Assembly (NCBI GenBank): GCA_013265495.1
Contig: MU058213.1
Coordinates: forward strand, 3,038,001-3,102,000
Origin: Vicugna vicugna
Lineage: Eukaryota
Length of the DNA stretch: 64,000 bases
Reading direction: 5' to 3'
Numbering within the stretch: position 1 is the stretch's first letter; the number at the start of each line of letters is the position of its first letter. A model generated the notes under the pieces. That model ran no database searches. It was given only the letters and a program-made list of their open reading frames with translations, and was not told where the DNA came from. Shown piece after piece: positions 53,710 through 64,000 of the stretch. The position numbers and the translations under genes are program-made.

Positions 53710-55930
53710 TCCTCAAAGTTCCCTCAGGTCACTAGCTTCAGGAAATGCTACCTTTCTATGACTTCTCTCCATCCCATCTTTAAAAAGTACTCCTAAAACA
53801 GTTTTACAGGAAGGACCTCTGAAAGTCTCTCCTTCCAACAAAGCAATAAAAACACTGGCAAAAATTGTCAAAATCAACTTTTTCCAAACTCTTAAAATTA
53901 ACGAAGGCTGTAACATTCCAAGGAGCATTCAAGAAAAACAGCTATCAGTAAAAAGAGTAAGCTTTGTGCCGTTTTAACTTGTCCTGTTCCCATCCCCTCC
54001 ACCTCCAGCTCCACAGAAGCCTTGAAAACCAACAGAGGCACAACTATGGTAGCAGTGAAAACCATTAGTGTAGCAACCACTGTAGGCAGTAGAGGTAGAA
54101 GAGGTTCGGAGCTCTCCAAACATCTCATCCCCAGAGATCTGATCTGTCTGAAATCTGCCTGCACCATTCCCAAATCTTGTCTTTATCTGATCTGACTCGG
54201 AGGTTGCTCTATGAGAATAACCCTGTTCTTTGGCCATTCATTGAAAACCATCAGTGGCAATTATTTAACATCACAGCTACTAAAAGCAGCAATATCAGTT
54301 AAAACTGATGAAAGTTTAATCAAAAAAAAAAACTTTAAAAAGAAAAAATAGGAAATGAGATGTCCACAGGGAGATTTGAAAAGTTTCAAAATATTCCTTG
54401 GAATCTACTAGGTCAGGTTCAAGTGCAGGGCTGTACAGGAAAGACTTTACAGAGTTAGCCCAAGAGTGTCACTAAACAAATAAACAGCAACAACAAAGAT
54501 AAACAGCAAAAACAAGAAACCGTTGGGAGAGGGGAGAAACCTGATTTCCAGAGTTATCACCTTATATAATTTTAAATGTCCAATCTTCAACAAAATTTAT
54601 AAAGCACACAAAGAAACAGGAAACTATGGCCCATACACAGGGGAAGAAAAAAGCAACCAAAAGAAATTATTCCTAAGGAAGCCCAGATGTTGAACTTACT
54701 AGGCAAAGACTTTAAATTGGTTGTTATAAACATGTTTAAAGAACTAAAGGAGATCACATCAAAGAACTAATGGAAAGTATGAGAATAATGCCTCACTGAA
54801 TACAGAATGTCAATAAAGAGACAGATATTATAAAAAGTAGCAAATGGAAGTTCTGGAGTTGAAAATTACAATAACTGAAGTGTAATTCACTAGAGGGACT
54901 AAAGAGCAGACTTGAACTGGCAGAATAAATAATCACTGAATTTGAAGCTAGGTCAATTGAGATCATCTAGCCTTAAGGCATAAAAAAAAAAGAATGAAAA
55001 AATATTTTTCTGCCTGTTATAATATTGAGTAGACATAGCACCATCAAATTGTCAAAATCAAAAGACAGAAAGATAATCTTAAAAGCAGAAAGCGAAAAGT
55101 GATTCATCACATAGAAGGGATCACAACAAGACTAAGAGCTGGTTTCTCAACAAAAAAATGGAGGTCAAAGGCAGCAGGATGACAAAATCAGAGTGCTGAA
55201 AGAAAAAAGACTACCAACGAAGAATCTTACATTAAGCAAAGCTATCCTTTAAAATTAAAAGATAAGTTAAGACATCCTCAGATAAATGTAAACAGAAAAT
55301 TTATTGTTAGCAAAACTGCCCTACAATAAAGACAGTGCTTCAGGCTGAGACGAAAGGACACTAGGCAGTAATTCAAATCCACACAAAAAAATAAAGAGCA
55401 CCAGTGAAAGTAACTACATGGGTCAATATAAAATACAATATAAATGGGTTTTTGTAACTCTTTTATTCAATCTGATTAAAATACAATTGCATAAAGTAAT
55501 TATTATACACCTGTGTTGATGGGCACACAGCATATAAAGATGCAATTTGTATGACAATAACAGTGCAAAGGAGGGGGTACGAAATGAAGCCACGTAAGAG
55601 TGGAGCAGAGCATTGAAATTTAGTTGGTTATAATTAAACAAATTTCTTAATTTTTAACAAACTAGAGTGTTAAAAATTAAGATGACAATTGTAATCCCCA
55701 GGGGAACAATTAAGAAAATAACTCAAAAATATATAGTAAAGAATGACAGAGGGATTTAAATGGTATACTAAAAATACCTATATAACACAAAATAATGCAG
55801 CCACAAAGAGAGGAACAAAAAAGAGGTAAGTCACACAGAAAACAAGGAGCCAAATGACATATATAAATCCTACTTTATTAGTAATTATATTGACTGTAAA
55901 TGGATTAAAGACTTCAAATGAAACACAGAG
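53710..55930 (+). mobile_element. Old L1 5'UTR-ORF1-ORF2 start, antisense to RAB27A
   Basis: A-rich decayed ORF1 (aagaaacaggaaactatggccc...aatcttaaaagcag...agcaaagctatcc) and ORF2 start (gtaaatggattaaa). Confidence 0.75.
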
Positions 55931-56085
55931 ATAAAGCCCATATTTTATAATAACTATAAATGGAATATAACCTTTAAAAATTGTGAATCACTATATTGTA
56001 CACCTGAAACTTACATAGTATTGTACATCAACTATACCTCATTAAAAACTAGTAAAAATGAAAGTGAAAAAGAAAAAAAAAAAAA
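55931..56085 (+). mobile_element. L1 3' terminal fragment with poly-A
   Basis: tgtgaatcactatattgtacacctgaaact...caactatacctc followed by an A-rich tail. Confidence 0.75.
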
Positions 56086-56861
56086 GACGCTCTGGTAGTG
56101 GAAGAAGAGGCCTAGGGTGGATCAGACGGAATCAATTCTTCTGTCCCAGGGACCCGGTATCTTTCCCAGGTAGAATATGCTCCACCAAAGGGTCTCTGTC
56201 ATTAATTTCCTGACTCCTTGTCAGCTTGCTTCATGGTAACAGTTGATCTTTCAGCAAGAAAGGTAGTTCCCGGACACTGTGACCTCCTACCTTCCCCTCT
56301 ACCACCAGAATAACTTACCTTGCAGTGCTCTGAAAAGAGGCTCCTCCCTGATTCCGCAGAACCTTCCTGTTCCCTGTTCCCTTGGCTACCTCCCAGATCA
56401 ACATGCACTCAGGCACCCCCACTCCTACTCCAGCCTCACACTCCGGGCGGGCGGCAGCCATGAGTTCTGCCACTTACCATTCCATGTGGGAGTGCCGAGG
56501 CCTTCATCATGAGAAAAGCCATTAAAAATGATACCGAAGATGGAAAAAAACAGCCCACAAAACTGGGATGTGAAGGGCAGGGTGGACTATAAGCTTCATA
56601 ACAAAGGCAGACAAATAACTCTGAGGAATCCAGCAGGAAGACACAAACCAAAAGGGTATTTTAAATTTTAAAAGAACCTTAACTTTTCTTTTATCTGCTG
56701 GGTTTTCTATGAAATGTCCTTCCGCATAGCCTCTAATCACACCACCCAGACTGAACATAATACACTTTCATACGGGCCCTTTAATTTTTGATTCCAACCT
56801 TTGTCCTCCTAATTCCTACAAAGCAAACAAAGCAGACAGGCAGCAGTTGACTCAGAGATTA

Positions 56862-57062
<201 letters not shown>

Positions 57063-57380
57063 TCACCTGAAAAATATGAACAAATGCAAATTTACCAATA
57101 ACCCATTAGAAAATATTAGAATCCTCCATGAATAAAGTGACCTCCTTTAATATCCAGTTCAACAAGTACTTCTGCATAACACCTACATGCCTAAGGGTTC
57201 TGTGAAGACAGGATTAGACGTCATTCACTGCCCCAAGGACTTAATCATTTGCTAGATCAGATGCTACTGAAATGGTAAATAACTAACAGTTTAGTTTAAA
57301 TTTAACATGTACATTATAGTATTGTGAAGACATAAATTCCAAGTGAGAATGAAAATCAAGATGAATGGTCACCAATTCTT

Positions 57381-58227
57381 TTTTTTAATTGAAGTACAGT
57401 CAGTTACAATGTGTCAATTTCTGGTGTACAGCACAATGTCCCAATCATGCACATATATATACATATATATATTTTCATATTCTTTTTCATTATAGGCTAT
57501 TAGTATAAGATATTGAACATAATACCCTGTGCTATGCAGAAGAAACTTTCTCTTTTTTAAAATCTATTTTTATATATAGTGGCTAGCATTTGTAAATCTC
57601 AAACTCCCAAATTTATCCTTTTCCATCCCTTTCCTGGTAACCATAAGATTGTTTACTATGTCTACGAGTCTGAGTCAGTTTTGTAGATGAGTTCATAGTG
57701 TCCTTTTTTTCCCTTCTTTTATATTTTAGATTCCACGTGAGTGATAGCACATGGTATTTTTCTTTCTCTTTCTGGCTTACTTCTTTTAGAATGATGATCT
57801 CTAGGTCCATCCATGTTGCTGCAAATGGCATTATTTTACTATTTTTATGGCTGAGTAGTATTCCATTGTATAAATATACCACAACTTTTATCCAATCATC
57901 TGTCAATGGACATTTAGGTTGTTTCCATGCCTTGGCTATTATATATAGTGCTGCTATGAACATATGAACATACATGTATCTTTTTGAATTAGAGTTCCCT
58001 CTGGATATGTGTCCAGGAGTGAGATTGCTGGATTATATGGTAAGTCTATTTTTAGTTTTTTGAGGAATCTCCATGCTGTTTTCCATAGTGGCTGCACCAA
58101 ACTACATTCCCACCAGCAGTGTAGGAGGGTTCCCTTTTCTCCACACCCTCTCCAGCATTTATCATTCATGGATTTTTGAATGATGGCCATTCTGACTGGT
58201 GTGAGGTGATACCTCATTGTAGTTTTG
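57381..58227 (-). mobile_element. Young 5'-truncated L1 (ORF2 C-terminus plus 3'UTR) with 14-bp TSD
   Basis: Peptides [13 protein letters not shown] and [28 protein letters not shown](C/T)AATTCTT at 57367-57380 and 58228-58241. Confidence 0.92.
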
Positions 58228-58272
58228 GGTCACTAATTCTTCTATGCAGATCATGTAGAATAAAAATTAACA

Positions 58273-58458
58273 GCAGAATAGATAAACAAGATTATACTGT
58301 ATAGCACAGGGAAATATATACAAGATCTTGTGGTTCTCACAGCAAAAAAAAGAGTGACAATGAATATATGTATGTTCATGTATAACTGAAAAATTGTGCT
58401 CTACACTGGAATTTGACTCAATATTGTAAAACGACTATAACTCAATAAAAAAAGTTTT
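58273..58458 (+). mobile_element. Short L1 3'UTR fragment with TSD aaaaattaaca
   Basis: tactgtatagcacagggaaatatatacaagatc...ctataactcaataaaaaa. Confidence 0.75.
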
Positions 58459-61135
58459 AAAAATTAACAAAAAAGAGAGAAAAGAGGAAGGAAAAGTCCC
58501 AGGAATAATAATAATTCTTAAAATGCAAGTGGTTCCACTTTCCCCTTCTTTTTCAAAGTCTCCTACTTCTACATCCTTGGCTTTCCTCTTTTAACTTGGA
58601 CTTCTAGGCAATTTCATTTATCCCACACATTTTCGTATGTCATTATGATCCCTTCAAAGATAGTGCTAAATTCACAAGTAAAACTGGGTTTTCAGCTTCC
58701 TTATATATTATTATTGCTACACACTACATGTTAAATCAGATTTTTCTGGAGTATCACTTTTCACTTGGGAAGTGAGTTCCACAATGAAGGGCTCATGTAT
58801 CTATATTTGCCTTGGTATTCCACAGGAAATGCTACCAATTCAGCTCTTCAATATTGACCAAAGCAGAAGTTCACCATACAGAAGAAATATTCTTTTTACA
58901 ACAAGACCTAATCATGGTTACTTTTTAATCCATGGCAATCAGCACTTTTCATGGTTTTTTTTTTTTTTTTGTCCTCTAAACAGATTCAAACTATTCAAAG
59001 TATCAGTCAGACTGGGAATGTAGTCTGTCTCCAGGGAAGGCTTATTTCTTTTTATCCTCCCATTTCTAATACCAATAAACCCTCCCAAAGTCAGAAGAAT
59101 AATCAGCTATTCCATTACCATTGCCAACTCTATGTACCCATTCAAACATACATTCTCATCCATCCACAGACACAACATCCCCCCTCACTAGATGCTGCTG
59201 ATTTTCTTCTCATTGTCCTCTTCTCACCCAGCCAGCTCCTATCCAGAGACTTTACCACATTTCTTAGTGCTTCCCATAGGATTATTTCTATAGATCCATA
59301 AAATTAATAAAAGTTCAAGCAAGGAGGTTTATTGATTTTCAAGGTTGCCTCCCCCACCCCATCCTCAATGTGGTGACTCACTTTACACTCAAAAATCCTG
59401 AATTCTGATCCCCAAGAGCCACCGCAGTGTCCTTCCTCGGAGAGCCTTAGTGCAAGTCTGTGACCTCACACTCTGATACGGCTGGTCAGTCGATAAGGGC
59501 AGAGCCTCTACAAACATTCAGAATTCTGTTTGCACACTATAAAGAGCAACACTTTACTCACGATGGCTTTCCTATGTTAGCTTCTGTATCTGCAGGTGTA
59601 GGTTACCAGTATTAATGGTATGTAACAGAATTCCTCTCCAGAGGATGACCACCTAGGTACAAATAAATATTCTAGTATATCATATCACAGCATTTCACTT
59701 GGCTCCAAGTTATTCATAATTAAGAGCTAATACTTAAGAATTGAAAAGAAGATCCAGATAACACTTCATCATCTGGTGTGTTGGGGGAGAGGGTTCCCCT
59801 CCAAATAAATGAGCAAGCAGAAAGCAACTCCAAATTCTGCAAGGAGAATGATGCAAGAAGACACTGTTGGCTACCTGATTTCCTCTTTTATTTTGAAAAA
59901 CAGTTCTTCCTATAGCTATGTTTTTCATCATTTCAGGCACAGGGGAAATGTCACCAACGGCGTCACTCTTCTAGAATTCTCTAAACTTACTTGGATGAAA
60001 TTCAAATAGAGACGAACCTTTTCTGCTGCACCCAAAGAATCACACATGTATCTACAAATGATCTTCGTGGGTTTTGTTTTCTGTTCATGGTAACAGCAAT
60101 ATGGAACAGTTTGTTCCCAAACCAAGCCGTCATAAAGGAAACATTTGGTTAAAAAACCAAATGCCACAACTGAAGTTATAGATACCACTGTCAATATTAA
60201 TCATAGTTTGCACTCTTTAGACTGTACCTTTAGACAGTTATCTGCCTTGTTGATCTGAAAATAAATGCTCAGACCCTCCTTTCATCTCTGGTTTCAGTTT
60301 TCTAAAGAACGAAATAGAGCCCACAGAGTTTAACTCATTTGCATGGTCAAGAACATAGGTCTCCTAACTTCAAGTCCAATGTCTGTTCTGCCCCAAGCTT
60401 CATGCCCATTACTCAAGTTTTTACAAATGCGTGTTGGACTTAAAGGTGACCAGGTATGACATCATACAAGGTAGCCTAACAGAAAACATATGACCTCTGA
60501 GGTCAAGCAGAGTCAGACTGAATTCCATGTCACCCTCATAGCAGCTACTCAGATGTCTTTGAGCCTTGGATTTTCATGAAAAAGAATATAATATACACAA
60601 CTTCACACCATGTGCTAAGAATTGAATGAGACACTCTTTGTTGAGGGCCCAGCACAAGGCTTGGCATATACAGAGTATTCTGTAAATGTTAGCTCCCTCT
60701 CTTCTTCCTATTCTGGACATATCAGACTGGCTCTGAAGACCTAGAACAATTTCTGAAATGGCCTCTGGGCAGCTCAAAACATGTGTTTCTGGCACAAAAG
60801 ACTGCTTACTGGCTCAGAGTAGTTTACTGAGTCAACAAAGATCACTTTCAAACTAATTCTTATCTTTTTTTGGCTGATTCAAGTCATTTTCAATTAATTT
60901 TAAATGGATACATCCATTTCAAAAGAGTTACGACCAACTTAAGAACAGGTTTAAATTGTATAAAATACTCTAATCATTCTAACATGTTCATATTTGTTCA
61001 AAAGAATCTCAGTGGTTCATACTGGTTCAGAGTGAAAGAGTTAAGTCAAAAGATGTTCCACCTACAAAACCATTTCTGATTGATCTAAAGCCACTTTGGC
61101 TAAAACCACATGTATCTAACCAAAATCATTTGGTT

Positions 61136-61275
61136 TTAAGAGCTCACATTGCTTCAGACTGATTTTAGCTAGTTCAAGTAAGTTCTGACCTGGACAAGCA
61201 GGTTCTGACTGGCTCACACCAGGTTTGATTGGTTCAGGGTATATTTTATTGAATCAAGCACGTGCTGACCACTTA
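61136..61275. repeat. Degenerate 20-bp tandem array (consensus approximately AAGCAGGTTCTGAYTGGYTC)
   Basis: In-phase units at 61176, 61196, 61216, 61236 and 61256, with weaker ones at 61136 and 61156. Confidence 0.6.
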
Positions 61276-62689
61276 AATCTTTCTCCAACCAGGTCATATT
61301 TGCTCTAATTTTATCAAACTGCTTGTGATCAGATCAAGGTGAAAACTGGTTCCAAACAGTCCAAGTTGACCAATCAGATCTTCAAACAGTTGAAGACTAA
61401 AAAATATAAAATGATCATCAGAAACACCAAAAGCAATGGTTGGGTGCCTTAAACTTATGCAAATCAATAAACTTAAAATTTTACTTACAATTATCTCAAC
61501 TGTAGACAGCCTATACTCAAAATTTTTATCTCTATTACAGTACCATTTCTGTATGCACTTCAGCAGTTTGTCCGCGTTGGAGTGCAATAAACAGGCTGAG
61601 AGAAAGGATACTGGCCAAAGAGAATACAATAAACAATAGGAAAAGGAATGAGGAGTGAAACAGTCTTCCTTGGTTGAGAACCCACCTCCTGTCTTACCTT
61701 GGGGACCTCACAGCAAAACAGCAATCCATGACCCAACAATAAAATAGAGATTTCAGTTGGGGGAAACCTTTAGCAAATTAGAAGGTTGTGTAGAGTTTGC
61801 CCTAAATTGGTCACAATGACCAGGCTGGTCTGGGTTAACAGAGACCAGAATTCTGAAGAGTATTTGCTAGGAAAGCAAAGGATTCAGGAAGCAGGCACAT
61901 CTTCAAATCATTAACAGAGCTTTTTCAGGGTTTGGGCAGGGTACTGATGGTGACAGTTCCTTATCTAAGCTTGCAGTCAGTAAGTCAAAGCCTCTAGAGT
62001 TAACGGAATCATTCCATCTCTCAGCAGAAAATCATTCCAATCCACAGCAAACTGCAATCCCAAACCCATCCTGCAGTCCCATATGTGGCTGTCTCACCAC
62101 TGCTGACCACTGCAAGGTGAAGACAACTTAATGATGTTTCAGCTGCTGGCAGGTCTTCATATAGAACCATCTTCATATTAAAAATGATTTTTCTTTCTTA
62201 TTTTTGTTACTCAAGTCTTGAGTGGTATTTCTGGGGCCTGTTCTTCAGATTAAAAAAAAATACTCCACTCTCCAATTACAGAAATAACAAATTATTTTTA
62301 TGTTGGCACTTTAGAGAAGGAAGGGAATCAGTAAAAATACACAGTGCAGAATCTGGGGCACCAAATCACATTTTGCGCACACAATTTCCAGCAAGTACTC
62401 TAGCCTATTGATGGATGGGAAGCCAGTCCATCAAGGCTTCCCAACTGCATTGCTTTTGCTAAAAATAGCTCAGATGCCCACATCAAGCACTTTACATACA
62501 TTAGTGCAACAATCCTTGTCACAGCCCTAAAGGCAGGTGGTAACACACATCACACCCACTTCCTCGCTTGCAAGGATCTTGGTGACATTCTTTCATAGAT
62601 GCCATAATGAGAGGATGAGTATGTGGGTCTTGGGCTGTCTATTCACATGTTAAGGGCTCAATTCCAACATATTGAGGGAGAGCAAAAAG

Positions 62690-63170
62690 TGGAGGTGAAG
62701 AACATGGACTCTAGAACCAAACCAAATCACCTAGATGTGAATCTAGTCATGCCACTTTAAAAAATTTAATGTCTTTTGCCTCAGGTTCCCCATCACAACA
62801 CTGGGAATGACATCTGATTTTATGAATACTATCATGCATGTGCTTTCTTGTTTTAGCTTCTTTATAATTAGGGTGCATCTTACACTTCATAGTCTTACAA
62901 CCCCAGGACATCTTGCAATTGTTACTTTAAAAGGTGGCTCTGAAGATACAGTTGTGTGAAAACCTTTCATTAGCATCTTCTGGCAAGATCAAGAATGCAC
63001 CATCCACATATTTTAGAATTGATGAAACACAAAAGCAAACCTATCTTAGAGGGCTGTTGTGAGGACTAAGTCAGTGTATACAGAGCAAGTTTAGAGCACA
63101 TGGTAAGTCCTGTATATGGTGTCCGGCACATGGTAAGTCCTGTATATGTATTGGCTGCTATTAGCATCAC
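62690..63170. mobile_element. MIR interrupted by a Tc2/Kanga-MER104-like fragment (about 62830-63030)
   Basis: MIR halves flank agggtgcatcttaca...ttttagaattgatgaaac. Confidence 0.5.
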
Positions 63171-63686
63171 CATCTAGCAGTCTAGTTCCAAAGGGTCAAT
63201 GTGCAGGTGACAGTCCTTTCTTTCCTAGAACTTTAAGAAAGAACTGAATCCCTAAACTAAACATAAGATTTCAAAAACAAGGGTCTATGGAGAGCACTTG
63301 AACCTAAGTTCACTTCTTTAAACGCTGAAAGGAAGCAGCGTCTAAATCCATCAAGGAAATGTTTTCCAAAAAAGTCAAGAATGCCAACAATTTGGGACAG
63401 GCAGAAGATTGTCTTATTCAGCTCACTTCTACCTCTCCTCCTTACACAAATATTTTTTCAAAGTGCTCTCCACCCTTACTCTCATCAGGTTAACAATAGA
63501 AAACAAGGAACACCCACTTCCTCAACACGTACTATGTGGTGATAATTGCCTGGTGAGAGAAAATCAATGACCTTCTTTCCTACTTAAAAAATAAAATATA
63601 TTTTCATTGTTTTCCAGGGAATAAAGAAGAAAGTGGTTTTAGTTATGAGCAAAAGGGAAAGATATCTCTTTCCCTTTCTCTCTCAT

Positions 63687-63690
<4 letters not shown>

Positions 63691-63717
<27 letters not shown>
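63691..63717. repeat. (AC)13 microsatellite
   Basis: Direct reading. Confidence 0.95.
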
Positions 63718-64000
63718 TAAACCCCACAGCCCAAATTCTCCACAAATCTTCCTATTAAAGTCAGTCATACATTCTAACCTTAGGCTCTCCTATCCTTAAG
63801 CAGAATCATTCTAAAACTACTCCAGATAAGCCAGTCAGTTCTTGAAAGCCAAAATTTCCCTCCATCACCCATATTTAGGACAGAGAATAAAAATAGGGGG
63901 AGGGACAATCATACTCAAACAATTACCATGTGCCACAAATGGTAATAGACATGCATGACTTTATTTTATCATCCTTAAGGGGAACTTAATGTCTATATAA

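Noticed and set aside
59991..60051. Possible RAB27A 5'UTR cassette exon (good GTAAGT donor after 59991)
   Set aside because: The candidate acceptor has a weak pyrimidine tract, and there is no transcript evidence.

Overview
Mammalian genomic DNA, most likely camelid (two camelid-type tRNA-derived SINEs plus camelid-style L1 3' ends). The window holds two intact minus-strand genes in the conserved tandem order. RAB27A has all 5 coding exons at 57044-40322 (666 nt, 221 aa); its promoter lies outside the window to the right. RSL24D1 has 6 coding exons at 35121-25125 (492 nt, 163 aa) and a CpG-island promoter at about 34.7-35.6 kb. Every coding splice junction was read by eye as GT-AG, and the frames join correctly. 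The rest is mostly interspersed repeats (L1, L2, MIR, MLT/LTR33, MER DNA transposons, two solo ERV LTRs). The most notable unexplained feature is a heavily decayed, apparently intronless BTB-BACK-Kelch gene relic at about 8.0-9.3 kb on the minus strand. Its colinear peptide fragments best match KLHL26, so it may be a fossil KLHL26 paralog or an old retrocopy. Other points of interest are a young betaretrovirus-type solo LTR with a perfect 6-bp TSD, a degenerate 20-bp/10-bp periodic array in the RAB27A upstream intron, a CTCF-like site, and miR-124 sites in the RAB27A 3'UTR. Repeat family names and protein comparisons come from recalled consensus sequences, not from database searches.
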